The notes under the pieces were generated by a model. The model searched no databases, had not been told where the DNA came from, and saw only the letters and a list, made by a program, of their open reading frames with translations. A stretch of 64,000 nt of DNA from an uncultured Candidatus Rokubacteria bacterium (lineage in GTDB: Bacteria > Methylomirabilota > Methylomirabilia > Rokubacteriales > CSP1-6), in assembly GCA_963789955.1 (NCBI GenBank), contig CAWBMV010000006.1, positions 192,001-256,000 on the forward strand. The letters are read 5' to 3'. Below are positions 1 through 8,836 of the stretch, in pieces; within the stretch, counting starts at the first letter, position 1; each line of letters begins with the position of its first letter. The position numbers and the translations under genes are program-made.

Positions 1-1183
1 CGCAGTTCTCGGTCTGGCCGTAGACCTCGCGCATGTCGATGCCGAGCGCCATGTACCACTTGATGAGATCGGGCGCGATCGGCGCGGCGCCGGTCGCGGT
101 GCCGCGGGCGCGGTGCAGGCCCATCGAGCGCTTGACGTTGTCGAGCACGAAGAAGTCGGCGATCCGGAACAGCAGGCGAAGACCGACGCCGGGCCGGCGG
201 CCGGCGACGCGGTGCTCGGCCACGCGTGCGCCGACGGAGAGCGCCCAGTGGTAGGCGAGCCGTCCCGGACGCGTGGCATCCCGCATCCGGAGGGCGACGG
301 CCGAGTAGAGCTTCTCCCAGATCCGCGGCACCGCGAAGAAGAGTGCCGGAGCGACTTCGCGGAGGTTGTCCGGCACGGTGTCGATGCTCTCGGCGAAGTT
401 GACGGTGGCCCCGGTTCGGAGCGGATTGAACACGCTGACCGTGCGCTCGGCGATGTGGCAGAGCGGGAGGAACGAGAGCTGCTGGTCGCCTTCGTGGAGC
501 TCGGTGACGTAGTCGGAGTAGTCGATCTGGAACAAGATGTTGCGGTGACTCAGCATCGCTCCCTTCGGCGGTCCCGTCGTGCCCGACGTGTAGACCAGGA
601 TCGCCAGATCGTCGGGCCGAGCGAGCTCGACCAGGCGCTCGAAGGCGCCGGGATTCTCCGCCTCGTGGCGGAGGCCCAGCTCGAGCAGCTCGTCGAACGA
701 CATCACTTGCTCGTCCTTGAAGGCGTGAAGCCCCTCGAGGTCGAAGACGATGATCTTCACGAGCTGGGGGCAGTTGCCGCGGACCTCGAGGATCTTGTCG
801 AGCTGCTCCTCGTCGGCGGCGAAGAAGAAGCGGGTGCCGCTGTCGTTCACGATGTATTCGACCTGCCGCGCCGAGTCCGTCGTGTAGATCCCGTTGGTGA
901 CGCCGCCGACCGAGAGCGTCCCGAGATCGGTGTAGAGCCACTCGGGGCAGTTGTCGGCCATGATCGAGACGACGTCGCGGTGGCGCAGACCGAGCGCGAC
1001 CAGCCCGAGCCCGACGTGCCGCGCCCGCTCGCCGTACTCGTGCCAGCTGACGGCTCGCCAGACGCCCAGCTCCTTCTCGCGCATGGCCACCCGGGCCCCG
1101 CGCTCGCGCACGACGTGGCGAAAGAGCTTCGGCAAGGTGTCCTGGCCGAAGACGGTGGTCGAAGTGCCGGTCGTCACCGCCAT
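1..1183 (-). CDS. Long-chain acyl-CoA synthetase / AMP-binding enzyme (runs off the window edge)
   Basis: Manual translation from ATG at 1183: MAVTTGTSTTVFGQDTLPKLF...; AMP-binding motif ILVYTSGTTGPPKGAMLSH; overlaps the stop of the upstream ABC ATPase. Confidence 0.9.
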   Translation of the reverse strand, partial: MAVTTGTSTTVFGQDTLPKLFRHVVRERGARVAMREKELGVWRAVSWHEYGERARHVGLGLVALGLRHRDVVSIMADNCPEWLYTDLGTLSVGGVTNGIYTTDSARQVEYIVNDSGTRFFFAADEEQLDKILEVRGNCPQLVKIIVFDLEGLHAFKDEQVMSFDELLELGLRHEAENPGAFERLVELARPDDLAILVYTSGTTGPPKGAMLSHRNILFQIDYSDYVTELHEGDQQLSFLPLCHIAERTVSVFNPLRTGATVNFAESIDTVPDNLREVAPALFFAVPRIWEKLYSAVALRMRDATRPGRLAYHWALSVGARVAEHRVAGRRPGVGLRLLFRIADFFVLDNVKRSMGLHRARGTATGAAPIAPDLIKWYMALGIDMREVYGQTENC

Positions 1184-1947
1184 GTCTTCTTCCTCTTCCA
1201 GCGCCGCGTGCCGCGGACGCCCGACTCCTTCATCCCGAGGTAGAACTCCTTGATGTCCTCTTTCTCGAGAAGCCGCGCGCACGTGTCCTCCATCACGATG
1301 CGGCCGACCTCGAGCACGTAGCCGTAGTCGGCGATGTGGAGCGCCATGTTGGCGTTCTGCTCCACCAGGAGGACGGTCACACCGCGCTCCCGGTTGATGC
1401 GCGCGATGATCTCGAAGATCTCCTTGACGAGCCGGGGCGAGAGGCCGAGCGACGGCTCGTCGAGCAGCATCATCCGCGGCCGCGCCATCAGGGCCCGGCT
1501 GATCGCGAGCATCTGCTGCTCGCCCCCGGAGAGCGAGCCCGCGCGCTGCTCGGCCCGAGACCGGAGCACCGGGAAGTACGAGTAGACCAGCTCCAGATCC
1601 TCGGCGACACCGCCCGCATCCCGCCGCGTGAACGCGCCCATCATGAGGTTCTCTCGAACCGAGAGAAACGGGAACACTTCGCGTCCCTCGGGCACGTGGC
1701 TGATGCCGAGCCGCGTCACCTTGTCGGGATCCATGCCCTGGATCTCGCGGCCCGCGAACGTCACGGTGCCCTTCTGGGGATCCATCACGCCGGACACCGT
1801 CTTGAGGATCGTGCTCTTGCCGGCGCCGTTGGCGCCGAGGATCGTGACGACGGAGCGCTCCGGCACCGCGAAGCTGACGCCGCGGATGGCCATGATCGGA
1901 CCGTAGTAGGTTTCGAGGTTCGCGACGGCGAGCAGCGCGTCGGCCAT
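1174..1947 (-). CDS. livF: Branched-chain-type ABC transporter ATP-binding protein (LivF-like)
   Basis: Walker A GANGAGKST, signature LSGGEQQ, LLDEPSLGLSP, LLVEQN. Confidence 0.9.
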   Translation of the reverse strand: MADALLAVANLETYYGPIMAIRGVSFAVPERSVVTILGANGAGKSTILKTVSGVMDPQKGTVTFAGREIQGMDPDKVTRLGISHVPEGREVFPFLSVRENLMMGAFTRRDAGGVAEDLELVYSYFPVLRSRAEQRAGSLSGGEQQMLAISRALMARPRMMLLDEPSLGLSPRLVKEIFEIIARINRERGVTVLLVEQNANMALHIADYGYVLEVGRIVMEDTCARLLEKEDIKEFYLGMKESGVRGTRRWKRKKTWR

Positions 1948-1950
1948 TCG

Positions 1951-2709
1951 TCAGGCGCCCAGGTACGCCTTGATGACTTCGGGATGCTCCTGCACCTCAC
2001 GCGCGGTGCCGAGCGCGATCGGCCGCCCGTAGTTCACCGCGAGGACCCGATCCGACACCGAGCTGACGAGACTCATGTCGTGCTCGACCATCAGCACGGT
2101 GACACCGAGGATCGTCCGGATGTCCTGGATCCAGAACGCCATGTCCTCGGTCTCCTCGACGCTCAGCCCGGACGACGGCTCGTCCAGCAGCAGGAGCCGC
2201 GGGCGCGTGCAGAGCGCCCGCGCCACCTCGACGACCTTGCGGACGCCGTAGGCCAGGTTGACGACGAGGCTATCGCGATGCGGCTGCAGATCCAGGAAGT
2301 CGATGACCTTCTCGACCGCTTCCCGGTGCTCGAGCTCGAGCGCGCGCACCCGCGGCAGGAACAGGAGCTCTTCCACGAACCGCGAGCGCTTGTGGGCGTG
2401 GCGGCCGAGCAGGAGGTTCTGGAGCACGGTGGCGTGCTCGAACAGCTCGATGTTCTGGAACGTCCGCGCGATGCCGCGCCGCGCGACCTCGTGCGGCGCC
2501 ACCCGCGTGATGTCCTCACCGTCGAAGATCAGGCGGCCCGCGCTCGGCTCGTAGATGCGCGAGACCAGGTTGAAGATCGTCGTCTTGCCGGCGCCGTTGG
2601 GGCCGATGATCGTGAAGACCTCGCCCGGCTCGATCTGGAAGCTCACGCCGTCGACGGCCCGGAGGCCGCCGAAGTCCATGACGAGGCCGTCCGCGGCGAA
2701 GAGACTCAC
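1951..2709 (-). CDS. livG: Branched-chain-type ABC transporter ATP-binding protein (LivG-like)
   Basis: GTG start overlapping the livM stop; GPNGAGKTT, RTFQNIELF, LLDEPSSG, VEHDM, C-terminal VIKAYLG. Confidence 0.88.
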   Translation of the reverse strand: MSLFAADGLVMDFGGLRAVDGVSFQIEPGEVFTIIGPNGAGKTTIFNLVSRIYEPSAGRLIFDGEDITRVAPHEVARRGIARTFQNIELFEHATVLQNLLLGRHAHKRSRFVEELLFLPRVRALELEHREAVEKVIDFLDLQPHRDSLVVNLAYGVRKVVEVARALCTRPRLLLLDEPSSGLSVEETEDMAFWIQDIRTILGVTVLMVEHDMSLVSSVSDRVLAVNYGRPIALGTAREVQEHPEVIKAYLGA

Positions 2710-3849
2710 CGCAGGCGCTCCGACCGCATGTACGACTTCTGGCGCCTGAACGTGGCGCGCTTGTAGAGCGGGAAGGTCGAGAAGTAGAGCTGGATCTTCC
2801 GCCAGCGGCCATAGATGCCCAGCGGCTCGAACAGGATGAACAGCACGAGAATCAACCCGAAGAGCCCGGGCTCGAGGCCGGGCTTCTTGACGAACTGATC
2901 CACCGCCAGGAACGCCGCGCTGCCGGCTTCCTTTCCGAACGGAGCGGCGAGCGCGCCCGGCCCAGGCCGGGATCGAGTCGCGGGCCTGGGAGATCGCCAC
3001 CGGCAGCAGCGCCACGAAGACGGCGCCGAAGAGCGCGCCGTGCAGGGAGCCGAGGCCGCCGACGACCACCATCAGCAGAAACTGGATCGAGAGCAGCACG
3101 GTGAAGATGTCCGGAGCCAGAAACCCGATCTTGTGCGCGAAGAGCGCGCCGGCGACGCCCATCAGCGCGGCGGAGTAGGCGAAGGCGCTGGTCTTGTAGA
3201 CGGCAAGGTTCACGCCCATCGACTGCGCCGCGATCTCGCTGTCGCGGATCGCCACCCAGGCTCGGCCCGTCGGCGCGCGCAGGAGGTTGCCCGTCAGCCA
3301 CAGACCCCCGATCAGGAAGGCCAGGCACAGGAAGTAGAACGCGGCGTCGCCGCCCATGTTGACGCCGAAGACGACGGGCTTGTCCACCGCCTTGCCCTTG
3401 AGCCCGCCGGTGACTCGCTCCCAGCGCGTCAGCGCTTCCTGGATGATCAGCGCGAACGCCAGGGTCGCGATCGAAAGATAGACGCCGGTCATGCGCAGCG
3501 CGGGCAGGCCGACCAGGACGCCGACCCCCGCCGTCACGACGCAGGCGAGGGCGACCCCGACGACCCACGGCAGGCCGAGATCGTGAACGACGTAGACGTG
3601 CGTATAGGCGCCGATCCCGAGGAACGCGGCGTGGCCCAGGCTGACGAGGCCGGTGTAGCCCGCGAGCACCATGAGCGAGAGCCCGCAGAGCCCGTAGATG
3701 AAGACGAGGCTCACGTCGACGAGATAGGAGGGGATCAGCAGCGGCAGGACCAGCAAGCCCAGCAACAGGGCCAGATACCAGTTGCGCTGGACCCCGTCGC
3801 GAAAGATTCCCAGGTCCTGAGCGTAGGTGGTCTTGAAGATGAAGCGCAC
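2706..3849 (-). CDS. livM: Branched-chain-type ABC transporter permease (LivM-like); one frameshift near 2950
   Basis: GYTGLVSLGHAAFLGIGAY, TGRAWVAIRDSE, VVVGGLGS; C-terminus continues in ORF 2706..2903 (FEPLGIYG). Confidence 0.85.
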
Positions 3850-3852
3850 GCC

Positions 3853-4725
3853 TCAGACCTTCTTCCGCGTGATCGTGCCGAACATGCCCTGAGGCCGCAC
3901 CGCGAGCACGATGAGCAGCACGACGTACGCCGCGACGTCCTTGAATCCCTGGGGCAGGTAGGCCCCCGAGAAGAGCTCGATCAGCCCGATCGTGACGCCG
4001 CCGACGAGCGCGCCGGGGATCGAGCCGAAGCCGCCGAGCACCGCGGCCGCGAACGCCTTGAGCCCGATGAATCCGAGGTTGATGTCGATCAAGGACACCG
4101 GGGCCAGCAGGACGCCGGCGATCGCCGCGACCGCCGCCGAGATCGCCCAGATCAGCGAGAACATCAGCTTCACGGGGATGCCCATGTAGTAGGCCGCGAG
4201 CTGGTTCTGCGACGCGGCCTGCATCGCCAGGCCGACGCGCGTGAACGTGAAGAACGCGTAGAGGATCGCGCACAGCAGTAAGGTGCCGACGATGATCGAC
4301 AGGTACTCGTGGCTCACCGCGACCCCGGCCAGGCGCGTGGCGTGGGCGCTGAACGGCGTCGGGAGCGTGTAGATCTCCGAGCCCCAGGCGATCGACGCGA
4401 AGCTCCGGAAGATCGCGCCGAGCCCGATCGTGAGCATGACGACCGAGAACTGCGGCTGGCCGATGACTCTTCTGAGGATCGTCGCGTCCAGGACCGCGCC
4501 GAAGATTCCGACCAGCACCACCGCCAGCGCAAGCGCCAGCCAGTAGCCGACCCCGTACCAGACGACGAACATGTAGCAGGTGAAGGCGCCCAGCATCAGG
4601 AGATCGCCCTGCGCGAAGTTCACGAGCTCGGTCGCCTTGTAGATGAGCACGAAGCCGAGCGCCACCAGCCCATAGATGCAGCCCACCGCGAGGCCGTTCA
4701 GCACGAGCTGCAGGATGATGTCCAG
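3853..4725 (-). CDS. livH: Branched-chain-type ABC transporter permease (LivH-like); probable CTG start
   Basis: LNGLAVGCIYGLVALGFVLIY...NFAQG, VLGGFGSIPGA; SD GGAGGAGG at 4731-4738 precedes an in-frame CTG at 4725. Confidence 0.87.
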   Translation of the reverse strand: MDIILQLVLNGLAVGCIYGLVALGFVLIYKATELVNFAQGDLLMLGAFTCYMFVVWYGVGYWLALALAVVLVGIFGAVLDATILRRVIGQPQFSVVMLTIGLGAIFRSFASIAWGSEIYTLPTPFSAHATRLAGVAVSHEYLSIIVGTLLLCAILYAFFTFTRVGLAMQAASQNQLAAYYMGIPVKLMFSLIWAISAAVAAIAGVLLAPVSLIDINLGFIGLKAFAAAVLGGFGSIPGALVGGVTIGLIELFSGAYLPQGFKDVAAYVVLLIVLAVRPQGMFGTITRKKV

Positions 4726-4760
4726 GCCGCCCTCCTCCGGGTTGGCTCCGAAATGCTCCG

Positions 4761-4789
4761 TTTATAGCCAGCAAGCCGCCATCCGTCAA
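4761..4789 (-). promoter_or_regulatory. Sigma70-type promoter for the liv-like operon
   Basis: Minus strand TTGACG-17 nt-TATAAA; the -35 lies within the imperfect palindrome CCGTCAAATTGGACGG (4783-4798). Confidence 0.6.
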
Positions 4790-4836
4790 ATTGGACGGGT
4801 ATTTCGCCTGGGCCACCGCGAAACCCTGGGCTGGGA

Positions 4837-4884
4837 TTGCCACGCGCAGGGCACTCGTTTACACTTCGATGAACAGTCGTTCAT
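4837..4884 (+). promoter_or_regulatory. Sigma70-type promoter plus palindromic operator for the ferritin-like operon
   Basis: TTGCCA(4837)-17 nt-TACACT(4860); palindrome ATGAAC-agtc-GTTCAT (4869-4884) covers the predicted +1. Confidence 0.65.
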
Positions 4885-4902
4885 TTTCCGGGAGGCCCTC
4901 GC

Positions 4903-5658
4903 ATGGATCGACCGATCGCCTACGACAAGCTCGCGCGAGAAGACCGATTCATCAGGATGCGCGCGCGGGACGTCGCGGAGCTGAAGGTCGCCCAGGGGCT
5001 CCCGCCGTTTCCCGATCTCTCGAGCGCCGAGTCGATCAAGGAGCGGGTCCACGGGATCATGGTCGGCGAGATGCAGGCGATGGAGGGTGCCGGCCGGAGC
5101 GTGTGCGACTTCCCCGAGGCGCCGTGGGACTTCACGATGGACATGGCGCGCCAGGTCTGGGACGAGTCGCGCCACGTCGAGATCTACCTGAGACTGCTCG
5201 AGCACCTCGACGGCTACGCCGGAGAGTATCCCGAGACGACGATCCTCTGGCGCTGCGCGTGCGCCGAGGACGCCGCGGCGCGGGTGGCCGGCGTCAACCG
5301 CGGCCTCGAGGGCCTGGCGTGCGACGTCTTCAACCAGCTCGTGCACATCGCCCGGAAGATCGGCGACCCGATCCTCGAGCGCGCGGTCGATTTCGTGCTG
5401 GCCGACGAGATCACGCACGTCCGCATGGGCTCGAAGTGGCTGACCAAGCTCACCGAGGGCGACGCCGAACGGCGGCGCCGCGCGATCGAGTTCCAGGAGA
5501 GCATCGACGAGCGCTTCAATCTGGGCGGTGTCCGCCGCGAAGGTGATCACGACGCGGTGTCCATCTCGATCGCCACCGACGTGCGGCGGATGGCCGGGTT
5601 CACGGAAGAAGAGATCGATCGGCTGATCAAGACCACCCAGCGGTCTCAGGTTTACTGA
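4903..5658 (+). CDS. Ferritin-like diiron-carboxylate protein (DUF455-like)
   Basis: E...ExxH...E...ExxH ligand pattern: VGEMQA, WDESRH, GLEGLA, ADEITH; SD GGGAGG upstream. Confidence 0.75.
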   Translation: MDRPIAYDKLAREDRFIRMRARDVAELKVAQGLPPFPDLSSAESIKERVHGIMVGEMQAMEGAGRSVCDFPEAPWDFTMDMARQVWDESRHVEIYLRLLEHLDGYAGEYPETTILWRCACAEDAAARVAGVNRGLEGLACDVFNQLVHIARKIGDPILERAVDFVLADEITHVRMGSKWLTKLTEGDAERRRRAIEFQESIDERFNLGGVRREGDHDAVSISIATDVRRMAGFTEEEIDRLIKTTQRSQVY

Positions 5659-5663
5659 GCGGC

Positions 5664-6646
5664 GTGTCGCAGCCCCTGGAAGGAACCTTCAGCGCCGAGC
5701 ACTCCGCCCGGCTGCTCCGTAACTACCGCTACGTCGTCGAGCGCACCATGCGAGCGCTGGGCGGCTGGATCGCGCTCACGCCCGAGCTCTCGGCCAAGCT
5801 CCTGATGGGCCGACACGTCTGGGACCTCGCCCAGCACTGTGACGCCTTCGGCCAGCGTCTCCCGGAGCTCCGCGCCCGCGCCCAGGTCTCCGAAGCCGCG
5901 AACCCGGCGGTCGCCGCGCTCATGGACTCTGTCGAGGACGCCGAAGGGCCCGATCAAACCGTCGAGCGTCTGGTCGGCGTGTACGGCGTACTGAAGCCTC
6001 ATCTCCTCGCGACCTACCGCGATCATCTCGCGCACGCCAATCCGGTCTACGAGCCACCGACCCGCCGCATCCTGGCGCGCTGCATCGACGACGAGGAGCG
6101 CCACATCGCCGCCGGTCAGACGATCCTGCGCTACCTCGCGGCCGGTCCGCGTGCGGCCGAGCGCGTGAGCGCGCGGCGCCGGCACCTCGAGGGGCTGCTG
6201 GCGGCCGCCGGCGGGGTGACGGGGGCGGGAGTGCCGGCGCCGGGCCAGCGCGGTCATCGCAGCGCAGGCGGAGATGTCGGACGACGCGCAGGAGTTCATC
6301 CGGCTGGAGAAGGCGACGGGCACATGGCCGATCCCCGCGGATCTCGAGGAGGCGCAGCGCTCGTTCGCGTCGGCGCTCGTGGCCGGTGACGACGCGACCT
6401 TGACTCGCTGGCTCGTGCCCGGTCTCGAGATCCAGACCACCGCGCGCGCACTGCTGGACGGCGCGACGTACTCCAGCCACGCGACCGTCGCGTTCGCGCG
6501 GCTCGGGCCATCAGCGGCTCGTGAAAATGCGGCTCGACGGCCCGTCGAGCTCGGCGACCGTGCTCGCCCGCTGGACGCCGTCGCCGCAAGGCTGGCGCAT
6601 CGCCGCTCTCGACGTCGGCGGGCGAGACGCCGTCCGCCCGGCCTGA
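5664..6646 (+). CDS. Ferritin-like protein with degenerate metal ligands plus a small C-terminal alpha/beta domain; frameshifts near 6240 and 6510
   Basis: WDLAQH and DDEERH; frames rejoin to end ...[18 protein letters not shown] at TGA 6644-6646. Confidence 0.6.
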
Positions 6647-6653
6647 GCGGCCG

Positions 6654-8003
6654 TTGTTCGGCACCGTCCTCGTCGCCAATCGCGGAGAAATCGCCCGCCG
6701 CGTGTTCCGCGGCTGCCGTCAGCTCGGGCTCAAGACCGTTGCGGTGTACTCGGAAGCGGACCGCGGAGCGCTGCACGTCGCGCGACGCCGACGCGGCGGT
6801 CGAGATCGGCGGCGCGCCGGCCCGCGAGAGCTATCTCAATGCCGAGCGTATCCTCGACGCGGCCCGCCAGACGCGCGCCGACGCCATCCATCCCGGCTAT
6901 GGTTTTCTCTCCGAGAGCTGCGCGCTTCGCCGAGGCCGTTCAGCACGCCGGCATCGTCTTCGTCGGCCCCAGCCCGCGACGCCATCCGGAAGATGGGCGA
7001 CAAGATCGAGGCGCGCCGCCTGATGAGCTCCGCCGGCGTCTCGGTGCTGCCCGGCAGCTCCGGCGCGGTCGCCGACGTCGCCGGAGCCGAGGCGGCGGCG
7101 CGCGAGGTGGGCTATCCGATCATCCTGAAAGCCGCCGCCGGCGGCGGCGGCATCGGCATGGCCCGCGTCGACAAGCCCGGCGATCTCGCCGCCGCGTTCG
7201 CCGCGGCGAACCGGCGCGCCCAGGCCGCGTTCGGCACGGGCGAGCTCTACGTCGAGCGCTACCTCGAGCGGCCCCGACACGTGGAGGTTCAGGTGTTCGG
7301 CGACGAGGCGGGAACGGTCGTGCACATGCACGAGCGCGAGTGCTCGATCCAGCGGCGTCACCAGAAGCTCGTCGAAGAGTCGCCGGCGCCCGGGCTGCCG
7401 GCCGCCACGAAGTCCGGCCTCACCGCCGCGGCGGTCGCCGGCGCCCGCGCCATCGGCTACACGAACGCCGGGACGATGGAGTTCCTCGTCGACGAGCGCG
7501 GGGGATTCTATTTCCTCGAGATGAACGCGCGGCTCCAGGTCGAGCACCCCGTCACGGAAGAGGTGACGGGCCTCGATCTCGTCGTCGCGCAGCTTCGCGC
7601 CGCGGCGGGCGAGCCGCTGCCGTGGCGGCAGAGCGAGATCGTTCAGCGCCGGGCGGCTATCGAGTGCCGAGTGTATGCTGAGGATCCGTCGAAGGGCTTC
7701 CTGCCGTCGCCGGGAACGATTCAGAAGCTCGAGCTGCCGTCGGGAGAGGGAATCCGGATCGAGTCCGGGATCGAGGCGGGGAGCACCGTGTCGGTCCACT
7801 ACGATCCGCTGCTCTTCAAGCTGATCGCCCACGGAGCGACGCGCGCGGACGCGATCGAGCATCTGGCCGCTGCGCTCGATCGCTGCGTGATCGAGGGTGT
7901 CCAGACCACGATTCCGTTTCTGCGCCGGGTCGTCGCGAGCGCCGAGTTCCGGCAGGGTCGCGTGCACACGCAGATGCTCGAACAAGGAGCCTTCAATGCC
8001 TGA
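6654..8003 (+). CDS. accC: Biotin carboxylase (AccC-like); several frameshifts near the 5' end
   Basis: [55 protein letters not shown]. Confidence 0.9.
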   Translation: MFGTVLVANRGEIARRVFRGCRQLGLKTVAVYSEADRGALHVARRRRGGRDRRRAGPRELSQCRAYPRRGPPDARRRHPSRLWFSLRELRASPRPFSTPASSSSAPARDAIRKMGDKIEARRLMSSAGVSVLPGSSGAVADVAGAEAAAREVGYPIILKAAAGGGGIGMARVDKPGDLAAAFAAANRRAQAAFGTGELYVERYLERPRHVEVQVFGDEAGTVVHMHERECSIQRRHQKLVEESPAPGLPAATKSGLTAAAVAGARAIGYTNAGTMEFLVDERGGFYFLEMNARLQVEHPVTEEVTGLDLVVAQLRAAAGEPLPWRQSEIVQRRAAIECRVYAEDPSKGFLPSPGTIQKLELPSGEGIRIESGIEAGSTVSVHYDPLLFKLIAHGATRADAIEHLAAALDRCVIEGVQTTIPFLRRVVASAEFRQGRVHTQMLEQGAFNA

Positions 8004-8211
8004 GGAGATCAAGGCGCACATCACGGGGGTCGTGTTCCAGATCGCCACCAAGCCCGGTGACCGGGTGGCGGCGGGCGACGCGGTGATCGTGCTCGAGTCG
8101 ATGAAGATGGAGATCCCCGTCGAAGCGCCCAGGGCCGGCGCGGTGAAGGAGATCAAGGTCCAGGAAGGTCAGACCGTGCAGGAAGGCGACGTGGTCGCGG
8201 TACTGGAGTAG
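7996..8211 (+). CDS. Stand-alone biotin carboxyl carrier protein
   Basis: ATG at 7996 after AAGGAG; ESMKME biotinylation motif; 71 aa. Confidence 0.9.
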   Translation: MPEEIKAHITGVVFQIATKPGDRVAAGDAVIVLESMKMEIPVEAPRAGAVKEIKVQEGQTVQEGDVVAVLE

Positions 8212-8222
8212 GGAAGAGGCCG

Positions 8223-8733
8223 ATGAGCCTCGACCTCATCCGGGGACTGTACGACTACCACCGCTGGGCCAACCGGCGGCTCTTCGACGTCGCGCTCGCG
8301 CTCGGCGAGGACGCTGGCGGCCCGCGACGTCGGCAAGCAGTTCAGCTACACGACGATCCGGGAGATGTTCGGTCACCTCTACGGTGCGGACCGCATCTGG
8401 CTCTCACGCTGGACGGGGCGCTCGCTGACCGCGGACCCACGCGGGCAGTTCGCGACGCTCTCGTCGATCCGGGCGCCGTGGGACGACCTCGAGCGGGATC
8501 AGCGCGCCTACATCGAGGGATTGTCAGCGACGGATCTCGCGGGCGTGATCCAGTACACCAACGCCGAGGGCAAGCAGCTCAGGGCTCCGCTCGGGCCGCT
8601 GCTTCAGCACGTGGCCAATCACGCCACGCACCACCGGAGCGAGATCGCGACCATGCTGACGATGGTCAGCAGCTCGCCCCCGGACACCGGTCTCGCCACC
8701 TACCTTCTGGTCACGACGAATCAACTGCGGTAA
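8223..8733 (+). CDS. DinB family protein; frameshift near 8313
   Basis: YHRWANRRL, FGHLYGADRIW, HVANHATHHRSE His triad. Confidence 0.85.
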
Positions 8734-8734
8734 G

Positions 8735-8832
8735 CGCGTGACCTCGCGGGCGGCACGACTTCGAGGGGCGCCGGCTACGCCGGGGCGTCTCCGAGCGCGG
8801 GGGGCTTGGGGGGCCCTTCGAGGCCCCCCATC
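8735..8832. repeat. GC-rich multi-hairpin intergenic element between convergent genes
   Basis: TGGGGGGCC-cttcga-GGCCCCCCA (8807-8830) and CCGGC-tac-GCCGG stems. Confidence 0.5.
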
Positions 8833-8836
8833 TCGC

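Noticed and set aside
1951..3849. Apparent LivM-LivG fusion (632 aa ORF)
   Set aside because: Artefact of one frameshift; the true LivM C-terminus is in ORF 2706..2903 and LivG has its own GTG start
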